Assembly: GCA_028534125.1 (NCBI GenBank)
Contig: CM052816.1
Location: forward strand, 62,746,001-62,810,000
Direction: 5' to 3'
Length of the DNA stretch: 64,000 nt
Source of the DNA: Lama glama
Taxonomy: Eukaryota
Shown: piece by piece, positions 36,811 to 49,828 of the stretch
How positions within the stretch are numbered: the first letter of the stretch is position 1
Layout of the letters: each line of letters begins with the position of its first letter
Notes under the pieces: model-generated
Told to the model about the DNA's origin: nothing
The model's input: the letters and a program-made list of their open reading frames with translations, nothing else
The model's database searches: none
Translations under genes and position numbers: made by a program

Positions 36811-39485
36811 CTTTGTCTATTTTTCCTTGTATTTCTATCAGATTTTACCTCATGTATTTTCATGATCTGTTGTCACTTACATACATGTTAAGAATTGTTC
36901 TCCAAGAAGTGTTCTCTTGGAGAACTGAACACTGTATCCTTGCTTTTTGTTATGTAGCCTGCTTTTTCTAAAATTAATAATGCTATTTTGATTAGTGTTA
37001 ACATGGTACACCTTTCTGCATCCTTTACTTTTACTACATTTGTGTCTTTATACTCACAGGAGATTTCTTGTAGACAACATATAGTTGCCTCTACTTTTTA
37101 AATTCACTCTGACTATATTTTAATTCGTGTTTGTAAACTATTCACATTTAAAGTGATTATTTATATAACTGGATGTATAGATATCATATTGGTAACTGCT
37201 TTCTATTCATTGCACTTTTTAAAACTTATTTTTCTTGTTTTTCTCCCTTCTCTGTTTTTACTTGAGCATTTTATGAGTTCATTTTATCACTTCTCAGCCT
37301 GTCAATTATGCATCTTTTAAATGTTTTAGTGTTGATTTGAGTTTGAAATACATGTTTACAACTGAGTCCACTTTAATAGCATTATACTGCTTCACAGGTG
37401 GTACAGATGCCTTGTAAGAGAGTATTCCCAGTTCCTTCCTCCCATCCTTTATGACATTGTTGTCATTCATTTCACTTATCCATATGCTATGATCACTCAA
37501 TACATTCTTACTGTATTACTTTGAACTAGTTATCTATTAGGCCAATTAAGAGTAAGAAAAATAATTTTTTTCTTTTGCCTTTATTTATTTTCTCTGACAC
37601 TCCTCCTTTGTTCACACAGATCTAAATTGCTGACTTACTTTTCTTCTCCCTGACCTGAGTGATTTATTTAACATTTTATGCAGAGCAGTCCTTCCTTTTT
37701 AGTTTGTATGAGAAAGTCCTTACATGTTTCACTTTTAAAGAATGACTTTACTGGATAGATAATTCTAGGCAGGTGAATTCTTTCAACACCTTAAGTATTT
37801 CACTACTCTCTTCTTGCTTACATAGTTTTGGACAAGATGACCAATAAAATACTCAAGCCTATTCCTCTGCAGATAAGGTGTTAATTTTTCTTCTATGTCT
37901 TAGTTACTCTGCATTTTGAATATGATATGCTTCGGCATAGATTTTGGGTAGTAGTTAACCCTGCTTGATGCTAAGTTTCTGGATCTGTGGTTTGGTGTCT
38001 GTAATTGATGTGGAAAAATTCTCAGCCGTTACTACTTCAAGTAAACTCTCAGCCATTATTACTTCAAGTATTTCTTCTGCTCTGTTCTCTCCTTCTCTTC
38101 CCTTTGGTACACCAACCGGACATTAGGTCACAGCTCTTAAAATTGTTCCATGGTTCTTTGATATTCTCCTTGCTTGCTTGCTTTTTCTTTCTTTCTCTCT
38201 CTTTTTAAAAAATTTTCAGTATTTCAGTTTGGAAAGTTTCTAGTGACATATCTTCAAGCTCATTAATTCTTTTCTATACCATATCCATTCTATCAATGAG
38301 CTCATAAAAGGCATTCTTCAGTTCTGTTACATTATTTTTAATTTATAAAATTTCTTTTTCAGTCTTTTTTAGAGTTTCCTTTTCTCTACATAATCTGTTC
38401 CTGCATGTTGTTTATATTTTTCAATTAGAGCCTTTACTGTATTAAACAGTTAATTTAAGTCCCCTGTCTGGTAATTCCAAAATCTGTATCATATCTGAGT
38501 ATGGTTCTTATGATTGTTTTATCTATTCAGACTTTGTTTTTTCTTGCTTTTTATCACAGCTTGCTTTTTCTCCCTTGTTGAGGCTGGATATAATGTATTA
38601 GCTGGAATTGAGGTGAATGGGGCTTTAGTGTGAGATTTTATGTTAATCCAGCTAGGAGTGGGCTGTGTTTAATCTTTGCTATGGCCTCATAAATTATTCT
38701 TCAGACCCCTTTTAGTGTCCTTGCTTTTGTCTCCCTTCTTGACTTGGGGCTTCCTCAGACAGAGTCTCTCTCTTGCAGCTCATTCACTGGAGCCCTGTGG
38801 GTGTGGTGGTAGAGTATTGGGGAAGCTAGTTATCTATACTCTTATGATTCGTTCTTCATGCTTTAATGAGCTTATGTTCCTGGGCTATGAATTCACAAGT
38901 GCTCCTTGCCCTCCACCCCTTAGGTGAGACAGCAAGACTAGAGGGGCTGGAGTTAGGTGATCAGCCTCTCCACTTGTGGGATGAGGCTCTGATAAAGTAT
39001 CTCCCCTGGAGTGTAGGTCTTTGTTATGGAGAATGCTCTGGATGTATTTACTGGTTATTCTTTACCCTCCCCCTGCAAAAGACACATGGAGATTTTTTCA
39101 TGAAACCTGATGGGGTTTCTAGAGATAAAACCTGTGAAAGTGCGGGCAGCCCCTCAAGACTGTGGTATCCATAGTGGGTTTCCCCCTCTATGGTGATCTA
39201 CATGCAGCCTCAGCAATTTGTGAAAATTACCTTTTAAGTATTCCTGGAACTTTATGGCTCCAGTGGCTTTTTTCTTTTCTTTCTTTTTTTTTTTTTCAGG
39301 TAAGCTACCTCAGCTGCAATTCTGTTTGCCTGGCATCCAGATTTCACTATGGCAGTTTGCCCTGTGACCTCAATTCTCATGCATCTAAGAAACAGTTTGA
39401 TTTTGAGTTTGTTCAGCTTTTTCTTACTGTAAGCATACGAGTAGTATCTCCTGCACTCTTCAGATTATGGGGTTGAAACCGAAAT
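36811..39485 (-). mobile_element. LINE-1 5' portion (5'UTR, ORF1, start of ORF2; L1MC/L1MD-type 5' end)
   Basis: Antisense EN-start and ORF1 motifs ('gactttactggatagataattctagg', 'tatcaatgagctcataaaaggcattcttca'), with the 5' terminus 'tttgccctgtgacctcaattctc...tttgttcagctttttct...tgaaaccgaaa'. Confidence 0.8.
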
Positions 39486-39487
39486 TA

Positions 39488-39749
39488 TTCTTGCTTTTAA
39501 TTTGCATCTCACTAGTGATTAATGATATTGAGAATAGTTTCATATACTTATTTGCTGTCTTATTTGGTGAAGTGTCTGTTCACATCTTTTGTCCATTTTT
39601 TAATTGAGTTGTTTTGAGTGTTCTTTATATAACTTCGTTACACAAACTTTGAGGTTATGTCAAAATGAGATTTGTAAAATCTGGCATCACTTGTCATTGT
39701 TTTCTTGTTCATTTTCAAAGAGCAAACAGTCTTAATTTTACTTAAATCC

Positions 39750-39788
<39 letters not shown>

Positions 39789-40640
39789 TTGCAGCTTTGG
39801 TGTCTATCAAAAGCTCTTTGCCTAACCCAAGATCGTTCAGATTTTTTCTGTGTGTTCTCGAGGAATACTATAGTTTTAGGTTATATGTTTGGGTCTATAA
39901 TCTATTAGGAGCTTTTTTTTTTTTTAGATAAGGTATGAATTATAGGTCAAGTTATATATTTTTTAATATAGATGCTCATTGATCCAGCACCATTTGCTGT
40001 AAAGACTACATTTTTTCCCTTTGAATTGCCTTTGTATCTCAGTTTAAAATAATTTGACTCGAGAGTTGATTTATGGGTCCTCTCTACTGTTTCTTGATCA
40101 ATGTCTGTCTTTTCAAAAATACCACATTATCTTGATGATTATAACTTTGTAGTGCATAGAGTGAGCCCTCCAACTTTGGTCTTCCTTTTCAAAATTGTTT
40201 TACCTTAACAGTATCTCCAAAAAGGACATCTAACTTTTTCATAGGGATTATGTTGAATCTACAGATCATATTGAGAAAGTCTACAACTTTATTGCATCTT
40301 CTATCTTTATTGAATTTTAATACATGAGCACCTTATAATTCTCTATTTTAGGGCTAGTTTTGTTTCACAGCAGTGTTTTGAGGTTTCTGCTTATATTTTG
40401 TTTTATTTCTAGTGCTATTCTAATTTTTTTAAATTCAAGTTCTGTTATTAGTATTTAGAATATAGTTAATTTTTGTATGTTGACTTTAGTCCTGTGACCT
40501 TGAAGATTTATTTATTATTTTTAGAAGGTTTTGGCAGATTATTTTTGGTTCTCTACATAGATGATAATGCTATGTGAGAAGTGAAGCAGCTGTATTTCTT
40601 ACTTTCTAATCTGTATTCCTTTTATTTATTCACTTGCATA
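39488..40640 (-). mobile_element. LINE-1 ORF2 (continuation of 35010-36810)
   Basis: 'ttttaatttgcatctcactagtgattaatgatattgag...gatccagcaccatttg...aataccacattatcttgat' is antisense ORF2. Confidence 0.8.
39751..39786. repeat. (GT)n microsatellite
   Basis: Uninterrupted GT run of about 18 units. Confidence 0.95.
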
Positions 40641-43186
40641 GACTCTAGCTCTCCCAATACAGGAGATATGCTCTTATACAAAAAGGATAGCTGACAAGTA
40701 AATATTATTTAGATATTCTTTTATCTCTAAAAGAATTTAGTCCTCATTTTACCCTGACCTCCTACTGTGACTATCCTATGATATACAGAGACTCCTCATT
40801 AAGAACTTTATACCTATTTGTACCATTTGTGCTATAGATGTGGTACCAGAATAACCTTGTTATGGAGTGGGGAAAAAAGAGGTGCTTCAGAAAAGTAAAC
40901 TACTGCATCTTATAAAGCAATTACATTGACTTTTAAGGTCAGAGATAGAAAACTTGGTTAGTTTAATATATTTTACTACAATAAGCTGTAGCATAATTAT
41001 AGTATATTCTGCTATTTAGTATTATGCTTCTACTATTAAAAGAGAGTAGTTATGACAAGGAGTAAAATTAAGAATTATTTTTATATTCATGGAAGCAAAG
41101 GCCCAAACTAAACTGCAGTTTTAATTGTTGAAAATGGTACACAGCTCCTAGAGTTTATGTCTGTAACCCTGAACCATGTAGATGTTGTTGGAGTTAGCTT
41201 CTTCCCACTCCTCCCATTTCCATGTGAAAGGATATCAGCCAGGCCAACCTTCCAACCTCGTACTCACTCTTCCTCAAGGAGGAAGACTGAGCTGACTGAT
41301 TGATGGGAAGGCCATTGGTTCATGTTTCTCAGTTTGGTGCAGCTAATTGATAAACGATTATAAGTACTTGGTGTTTAATCTCCATTATTTCTTTTCTCTA
41401 CAACAAGTGATTATGAGGCAGCAGTTCTTGGTAATTATATCTGTTCTTTAGATGCAAATATTCTTTCATATGGGAGCATCCCCAGTAAAGCTGGATGGAT
41501 GTTACAGAGTCCATTTGATTTACAAATAAAGTTACAGTATCTAAAGAGCTTTGTAATAGTAGAGGCTAAATGTTGTCCCCACTGTTGAGATTCCAGTGGT
41601 CTTTCTTAATTCTGAATTGTGCAGTAAGCCTGGGATATTATTCATTGACCCCCCTAGAGCTCCATCATTTAATGCAGTGGTTAGAAACATTAAGAAATGG
41701 ACAAGGAATGGGATTTGGGGATTGAATGTAGGGAAAAGGTAACTGCTGCTGCTCAGGGCAGGTGGCATAATTCTTAGGCTTTCATGAACAAGGTCATGTT
41801 GATAATAGCAAGGGATTTTGGCAGTGATTTACAGATGAAGACTATTTTTAGTAGCCTGTATTTAACAGTTGCTGGCTATAGAGACAATAATATTCATGTT
41901 TATACAGCTTGATGTTAAAATATACTGGTCAATTTGGCTTAGATGGCACCAAGACTGAGTCAGGGAACACTTCTTTGCAGGCGTTGACAAGCAGAAGAAT
42001 ATTTACTGCTTTCACTGTTTTTGAAGCCATGTCTACATGCCAGGACTTTCAAAGGCAAGGCAGCTATGTTCTACATCTTGACAGAAGATTATTAAGTTTC
42101 CTGGTTTAGTCTGTGTCCTGCCTAGGAAGGCTGTGTTAGATCAGCTACTCTGAATTCTGCATCTATTTTTTTAGAACAGAAAAGCCAAGAGAAGGAACTT
42201 TCTGAATATATGTGACTCATTTGCAGGCTCTTAAGAGCCAGTACTTTCTTTTCCCTTTACTATGTGGTCTTCTGAAGCTAGATATTCATTTAATTACATT
42301 AAGTACAAGTAGGACCTTCACTTAATTACCTACAAAGGTACTGACTATAAAACACTCTTGAGTTTAGAAGGGAAATTTGTTAACCCATTAAACATTTGTT
42401 AAGGAAGTAGGTAAAGGAATGAATAGAATAGAATAGTTAATCCTTTCCCTACCTATGAGAGAAGAAGAATCACTGGAAGAAAGTGATGGGATATTAAGAT
42501 AAGAAATGAGTGGTAGAGTTTGGTATCTGTAAGTAATTGGTGAAACAAAATAAAAAGAGAAAACGACACGAACAGGACAGAGAAAACAGAGAAAATGGTT
42601 AGATCCATGCTGTATTATTGAGAGTATTTTAATTAACATTGCAGGTTTAAATGTGCTAAGAATGTTAAGCAATCAAATAAAGGTTTTCCATTTACATTGA
42701 TCTTGCAAGTATCATGGTCATCCCATACTGCTGAGAGATTCACTAATTTAAAAAATACATAAAGTGGAACCACATGCTTTCTGAGTTCTTTTCAATATCA
42801 ACTCACCAACTGATGGAGAAATGTAATGCTAAAGGTACGTAGGACAAAAATACAAAAGCAACTTCACCTGTTGCCCATCCCCAGCCATGTTTAGCCATGA
42901 TGTTTTCTTCTTTGTTATGTCTCGATACAAGTACTGAATAATTTTTGTTACCTATTTTAACTTGTGAACCTTAATCAATAAAACACTCATATAGTTTAAG
43001 AACAGTGCGATCCCAGTAGATGCATATGTAAATAATGTGAGCAGACAAAATTATGGGAAAGCAAAATTCATTTGAATTTAAATATACATGAAATTTTCTC
43101 AACTCTGCCAATAATAAAAAGTATATTAGCCTCAGTGAGACACCAGATTTGCATGTATGTAAAAATGCCTCTACTTTTACATTCTA

Positions 43187-43284
43187 CAGTTTATCTGTTC
43201 TAAGATGCATGGTTTTTACATGTTCACATCTTTGAAATGAAAGTTATCTTACCACTGTGGCATTTTAAATACAACAGAATATTG
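43187..43284 (+). mobile_element. MER104-like TcMar-Tc2 MITE
   Basis: 'ttctaagatgcatggtttttacatgttcacatctttgaaatgaaagttatcttac...ggcattttaaat' resembles MER104. TA flanks. Confidence 0.7.
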
Positions 43285-43386
43285 TAGATTAAGTCATCGG
43301 TTCATGTTGCAATATTTAAATAGGATTAGTTAAGTTGGTGAGGCTGGTTATCATCCCTATTAAAGATAGCATAGTTTTTGTTTTGC

Positions 43387-43732
43387 CATTGAGTTAATCA
43401 AGCTGGACTAGTTGTGTTGCAATAAAAAGCAACCCTAAAATCTCTGTGCTTAATACAAAGGGTTATGTCTTTCTCCCCCTATATGTTCATTGCAGATCAG
43501 CAGGGATCTTTCTCCTTACTGGCTTTTTAGGGTCCCTGGTTAATGCATACCATCTTGGCAGGAATTCCCGTGATAGCTTCAGTAAGGGAAGACAGTGTGA
43601 CAGATCACACAATGGCTGTTAAAGCATGGAATGGATGTCACATCTGCTCACAAACATTGTCCAAAGAAAATCACATGATCATGTTGCACTGGAAAGGTCA
43701 GCCCTACTGGAGCAGCGCCGGTGACCTCCACA
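43387..43732 (-). mobile_element. MaLR solo LTR (MLT1J-like)
   Basis: 'gcaataaaaagcaaccctaaaatctctgtgcttaatacaaagg...tcacatctgctcaca...tccaaagaaaatcacatg'. Confidence 0.7.
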
Positions 43733-43890
43733 GCCACCTCAGTCCAGCTTGCTGCTCTCCTACCTTGGCTTTGTTGTTTAGCTAAGTCATAAAAATGTTG
43801 GTCTTCTGATCAAATCTGGAAAGTGACAATTGACTCTGTCTCTTTTTAGAATAATTTTGAATAAGAACATGGGGTTAACTTTATAATTCC

Positions 43891-44271
43891 TGTTGTGGAC
43901 TGAACTGTGTCCCCCAACATTCATATGTTGATGCCTAATCCCTAGTATCTCAGAATGCAACTGTATTTGGAGGTAGTGTCTTTAAAGAGATAACTAAGTT
44001 GAAGTGAGGTGAAGTGAAGTCATGAGGGCAGACCTTACTCTAACATGACTCTTTGAAAAAAAGATTAGGACACATACACAGGAAAGACCATGTGAAACAC
44101 AGGAAGAAGATAGCTTTCTGCAAGCTAGGAGGAGAGGCCTCAGAAGAAACCAACCCTGCTGACACACTGGTCTTGAATATGTAACCCCCGAATCATAAGA
44201 AAACACATTTCTTTTGTTTAAGCCACCCAGTCTGGGGTACTTTGTTAAGGCAGTCCAAGCAAAGCAACACA
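43891..44271 (+). mobile_element. MaLR solo LTR (MLT1B-like)
   Basis: 'tgttgtggactgaactgtgtcccccaacattcatatgttga...gagaggcctcagaagaaaccaaccctgctgacac...ttgtttaagccacccagtctggggtactttgttaaggcag...aacaca'. Confidence 0.92.
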
Positions 44272-47005
44272 ACCCCCTCCCTCCCACCTTGATCTTTTTG
44301 ATAGTTAAAATGATGTATTGCAGAAACATCATTTATACTGTAAGAGTTTTTCCGAGATACTAATTAGCCTTTCTTGCAAACTGAAGGGTTTGGAAAAGGA
44401 GTTAACAGTCTTAGTCCTTTCACCTAGGTTGGCTGACTCAAAGTTCGGTCAGATGGCAATAGGGATACATCTTAGAACTTAGAATTCATGCACCAACTTG
44501 AAATGACCTTTTTATTTTCCTGGGCTTTACCATTATGGGATTCAGTTATGGCTAAAAAAAAAAAAAGTCAGTTGGAAAATAACACTTTCATCTATAGAGA
44601 AATGAAGAATAAATTATCTTTAGAGCTAACGAGATAATTCCACTTAAGAAGGAAACTGCTTTTGTTAAGAAAATAATTTCAGACACTGCTTTTATTGGAG
44701 AGTGAAACCTTGTGGGAAGCGACTAGCAGGGTATAAAGAAAAAGAAGGCTTTGAATAGGAGTGAATAGGAATTTGAGAGTTGGAAGAGCTGTGTGACTAG
44801 GAAAGTCATGGCCTGTAACTTAAAGGTTTAAAAATGTTAATTTCCAAATTTAGGTCATTTGCTGCAATGTTTGAATAGGATTAGTTAAGAATTAGCAACA
44901 TTATCTATCCCTTTATACTGGTTCCTCCACTAAATGCTGTATTCACATACGTAGGCTATCTGAATGCTACATCGTAAATGTGTGTATGTGGGGAGGAGAC
45001 TAAGCTGCACATTTGGATCAACACTAGATTAGGTATGAAGTAGGCTTGTGAACCTACCTTCCTCTATGACTCAGAGAGGGAATGAAGATGGGTGGGTAAA
45101 GCCTGCAGTAGACAGGGTAAGAGAGGCGAGCGCTGACTTGGACAGAAGAGACCTCACTGGAAAAGAGCTCGATCAGCTCAAGCAGATTCTTGCCTTAGGG
45201 ATTAAGAGTTCAATGAAGACTTTTATTATGATTAAAAAAAATAATCTTACAATGATGGTAAAATTTCCTGGTTTTTAAATGTTGACAACTAATTTAAATG
45301 GAGAGTATAGACCATATATAAAGTTCGAATGCCAAATTCAGTTTTTGGCTTATATAAGACAGAGCAGAGAATGAGAATTCAATGGGGTCCAGAATTTTAA
45401 ATTAAAAAAAAATGAACATAGACCTGAAGACTCCAGAGATTTTCAGAAAAAAGGATGGCAGTGGACATTATATAGAGTATGCGCAATGTAATTTGAAGTT
45501 CAGCCTACCTTGGTCATAAATTTTAAAAGGACCCCAAGAGACATCTGGATTCATACTCAGTGGTGCCCACCTTGTTGTCACCTCTTGTCTGGTGATAGAT
45601 TCTTATTGAGCAATTTTGTGTGTGTCACTTAAGTGAGGATGAGGGTGTGAAACAATAATTCCTATTTTCCACAAGGTCTGGATGCATAGTATGACTTTGG
45701 GGCAAACATTTGATCAGTATATAGATTAATGGAAGCATCATAAAAGTGCATACTTTTGCAGTGAACAGAGGTTTTACAATCTCAAAAAAAATCCATATTA
45801 ACTTTCGCTCATAAGGGAGAACTGTGCACACATTTTTGACTTCTAAAATTTTATGTTGCTAATAATAGAGTAGTAAGTAATCATCTTGCAAACCTCTGAC
45901 AGAAAATGTGAGGTTTGGATTTTCAGCTTCAATACAATCAAATGTGACTGCATTGCTTCTCAGAGAGCAAGATGCCTTATGAGCCATCATTCTTCAGCAA
46001 CCATTGACAACAGAGGTGGAGAGTCTAAAACGAGTGTTTTTACAAGGTCATCATTTTTAGAAATTCTTTTGAGGGTAAATTTTACTTGACAATTATGGAA
46101 TGATTTCTAGGACTTTCATATGATATCTTTATAAAAGCTTAAAGTGTTTTACCTGACAAAAGGATTTCAAATAAGCAGGCCCTCACCAACTCCACCATTA
46201 TTAACACACAGAAATGAGTGGTACTTTGTTTTGTTCTGTTGAGAGTCCTGGCTTACATTCATTCAGGCTGATCTGGGAAATAATTAAAACCTGATTTAAC
46301 ACATCCACCTTCCTTAAGATGTATGAGCTTGGAATATGACCAACCTGATTACTTATCATAATTATTACTAATGGTACGTCTAATAATCGTGAATTTGTTT
46401 TAATCAACTTTTGACTTTTCAGTATCCATTCATTTAGTTTGTAGATTTATCCATGTTCTTTGCTGTCCTTTTTTTCTGCCCTAGTCCGCCATGAGGATTT
46501 TTGTGTTCCTGGTAATTGAAGGTTGAGGAGAGGAATTTCATATGACAAATGCCATTATTAAAACTAGGGTACAGAGTTGCAACTAAAGAAAAGTCACAAT
46601 AAATAGTCATCTGTATAACTATGCAACTAAACTATAATATGCCCTTGTACGCATGCATATCCAATTAATTTGCCAGTTCCAAAGGTTTTCATTGTAAATT
46701 TGTTATAAAATCTATACTTCTGGGTAAGTTTCTGAAGTTTATCTACAGATTTGGCTTCCATTAGCATAATCAAAAAAGATATATGAATGTATATTGTAGC
46801 TAACCACATGCAGAGAAACTTACATGGTACATTTTTTATTTAATTTCTAAAGGTAGGCTTTATTCAAGTAATGTATTTAAATATGAAGAACCATTTTTTG
46901 GTGGTAGGAGTTGTTAGATAATATTAGTGAATAAGTTGATATTTTAATCAACATTGGTTTAAAACGTACAGTCCTAAATAATACACGCACACAGTCATAG
47001 ACACA

Positions 47006-47082
47006 CTAGGTTGAATATGAAGCTGCCAATATTCAACTGATTTTGACCTGAAAAGGGAGCACTTTCATATGATTCAACCTGG
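47006..47082. mobile_element. MADE2 mariner MITE (about 80-bp palindrome)
   Basis: Arms 'aggttgaa-tatgaag' and 'tttcatatgattcaacct' are inverted repeats. The interior matches recalled MADE2. TA follows at 47083-47084. Confidence 0.85.
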
Positions 47083-48464
47083 TATGAAAATACCTGTTGG
47101 ATGAAAATTATTTAAGTGTTTTGACAGAGATCTGCTTTTAAGAAAGCCAACCATTCTGAAACAGGGAATGGGTTAATTAACACCTTTAAAATCTAAACTC
47201 TTTCGGAAAAAATACTTCCAATAGTCTTTGAAATACAACAATTGTAGAATGTACTTTAGAAAAAAAAGTGGAGGTGACTGTGAGGAGAAATTTTTGAAAA
47301 TAGATATTGGAAAAATGTACAGTTGACTTTGAAATCCTTGGGAGTGTTCACTCCTTTGGGATTGCTTTTAAAATCCTGCTCTGTAGAAACAACTGCTTGT
47401 TAGTTCCTGGCATCCCAGTTCAAACCTGAATTGAAGGCAACATCTCATTACTGTGCTCAGTGATAACTTTTCAAACTTCCCCTCTGAAGTTTTATTCCAA
47501 GAAGCATCATTAAAGATTCAATACACAAATAAGTCATCTCATTTGTCCCCAAGTCTTGTTTGTGCTTCTGTAATTCTGAATAAACTATAGTATGATAGTA
47601 CTTCAAAAAGCAAATGTGAAAGACATAGGACCAGTTGGCCAATCTAAAAAATTTTGCCATGGTTTAAGGAGATAAGAAAAAAAACCAAATATTTTTCCTT
47701 CCTTCAAGTAATTCATCTTTAAGATGGTTGTAATATGTACAGAGTGTTTGCAAATAGAAGGAGGCATTAAAGCATCCATCAATAAATCCTCTTCTTTTTT
47801 TTTTTTCCTTTTCAAAAGCAGTTTCTCACCCTTTATCTAGCCTTTTTAGTAAGTTGATTATGATAATCGCTATGTGTCCTTCTGGAATGTGGTGATGAGC
47901 CTATGAATGATTGCTCATAAAATTAAAAGAAAAATAGGAAATTAGAAAATAAATATGAAATAGGGAGAGAAAAACCTACAGGGAAATGAGGATAAGGAGG
48001 AGAGAGGCTAAACATACACAGAACAAAAAAACAAAAAAACAAAAAAACAAATCCCTTCTCAGCTGGTGGTGTTAAAACCCATCCTTGTAATTTGAAAATC
48101 AGTACAATACATCCTGATGAGAAAGCTTTGGCTTGTACAGAATGACTGCTGCGACTGTCAAAGAGAATTTTGCTTACCACGTCAAATGGAACACTTTGGA
48201 GCTCTTGTGTGAATAATACAGCCTAACATGTCGCAGACTCGGCCGTGATAGGCAGTCCTGCTTAGGCTGAGCTCTGTGGCAGAAGCAGTGAGTGAGCAGG
48301 AAAAAGGAAACGAGGTATTAGAAATGAGACCTCATTTCAGAAAGTAAGAGTTTGATGATCAGCATTATAATGAAGAAAGAGAAAGCAGAAATTTTAGTGG
48401 ATCTTATTTGGGCTTTCCCAAATTTGAAAGTCCATCCTGTGAACTTCACCAGGAGCTAAAAATC

Positions 48465-48850
48465 AGTAAACATTTGTTGTGGTCATATTATGCAGTACAT
48501 TTAGGGTTAGTTGCTAGTTTCTTCTGTTAAGGGCCACAGCATCTAAAGAGGAGACAGAGAAGTGGACAGAATGCTACAATATGCTTATAATAAGCATAAT
48601 GATATAAATACAAAGTACCAGGCAGTATAAAATGGGACAAAAACCAAAGCTGTTGGGAGAGTGAGGCAGGGCCGGCTCTTGGCGTGGCCACATTTGAACT
48701 GAATCTTGAAATGTGTACCGGAAGGAGCCAGGTGGCAAAGATGATGGAAAAGGCAAAAGAAAGATTATGTTCAAAGCCATGAAGGCAAAAAATGTGGACT
48801 GTTTGGTGAACTACGTGTAGTTTATATAACTATACTGCTGAGTATGAATG
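48465..48850 (-). mobile_element. L2 LINE 3' region
   Basis: 'cacatttgaactgaatcttgaaa...atgttcaaagccatgaaggc' is an L2 antisense motif. Confidence 0.55.
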
Positions 48851-49828
48851 AAGGAATAGAAGTGACTGTCTTCCAGCTACCAGCTGCCACACAGTCACCC
48901 CATGAATTCAGAAAGTCAGTTCGGAACCTTGTCTGTTCTCCTCTAAAGATGCCCAGACAACATCATTTCCTGTTAAACCCTCTGGAGCTCTGGGTACCTG
49001 CCAAAAAGGAGGCACAGCTACCTCACTTAGCACTGCAGCACACTGGCAAGTAGACTCTCAAAATCCCTTGACTCCTTCATCCAGAGGCTCTTCCTCCCTT
49101 TCTCTAAGGGGAAACTGGGAAAATTGTCATCTATGGTGGTCTGGTTATGATTCACTTTCCTGTTGCATAACCAGAAACTTCACTGAATATAGCTACAGAG
49201 GGGAGGGTGGTGAGAGGAAGGGTGTGTGGAGCCAACACAATTTAAGGAGTTATTTATTCAGGGTAAGAAGTATTTAGAGAGGAAATAAATTCTAAGGATT
49301 GACTTTGCTTACATCATTATTGGAGTTCTAAAACTAAATGCAGCTATTAGAAAATTACATTCAGTGGGCTGTGATTAGGCTTCGATGAACATATGCATGT
49401 GGGAATACCTACGAAGAAACTATGTGCAATAATTTTGACTGATTACTATTATTGTGACTAATTTCCAGGTAATTGAAAATGCTCTAAGCAAAGCTTAAAA
49501 TTGATAAATGTTAATGATCTGAAACCCAGTCACCTCGAACCCTCAATGAACTGTCAATTCTGCATTCTTTCATAAACAAGAGGTGAAAAAAAAATGAAAC
49601 AAACTCCTGTTGGAGATTTATTCCAAAGATCAAGGTTGATGCATGATGCGTTGCACTGTCTAATTGCTAAGGCTGCTTATATGCATGCTTGCAGAGGGAA
49701 ATTAATTATTGTTGCTGATGATGACTTTGCACTATTGTGAAATTTTAATGATGAAAGGTTATATTTTACTTAGAGTACTAATCTTTATGTTGGGGAGATA
49801 AAGTAGGATCCTGTAGAAGACTGAACTC

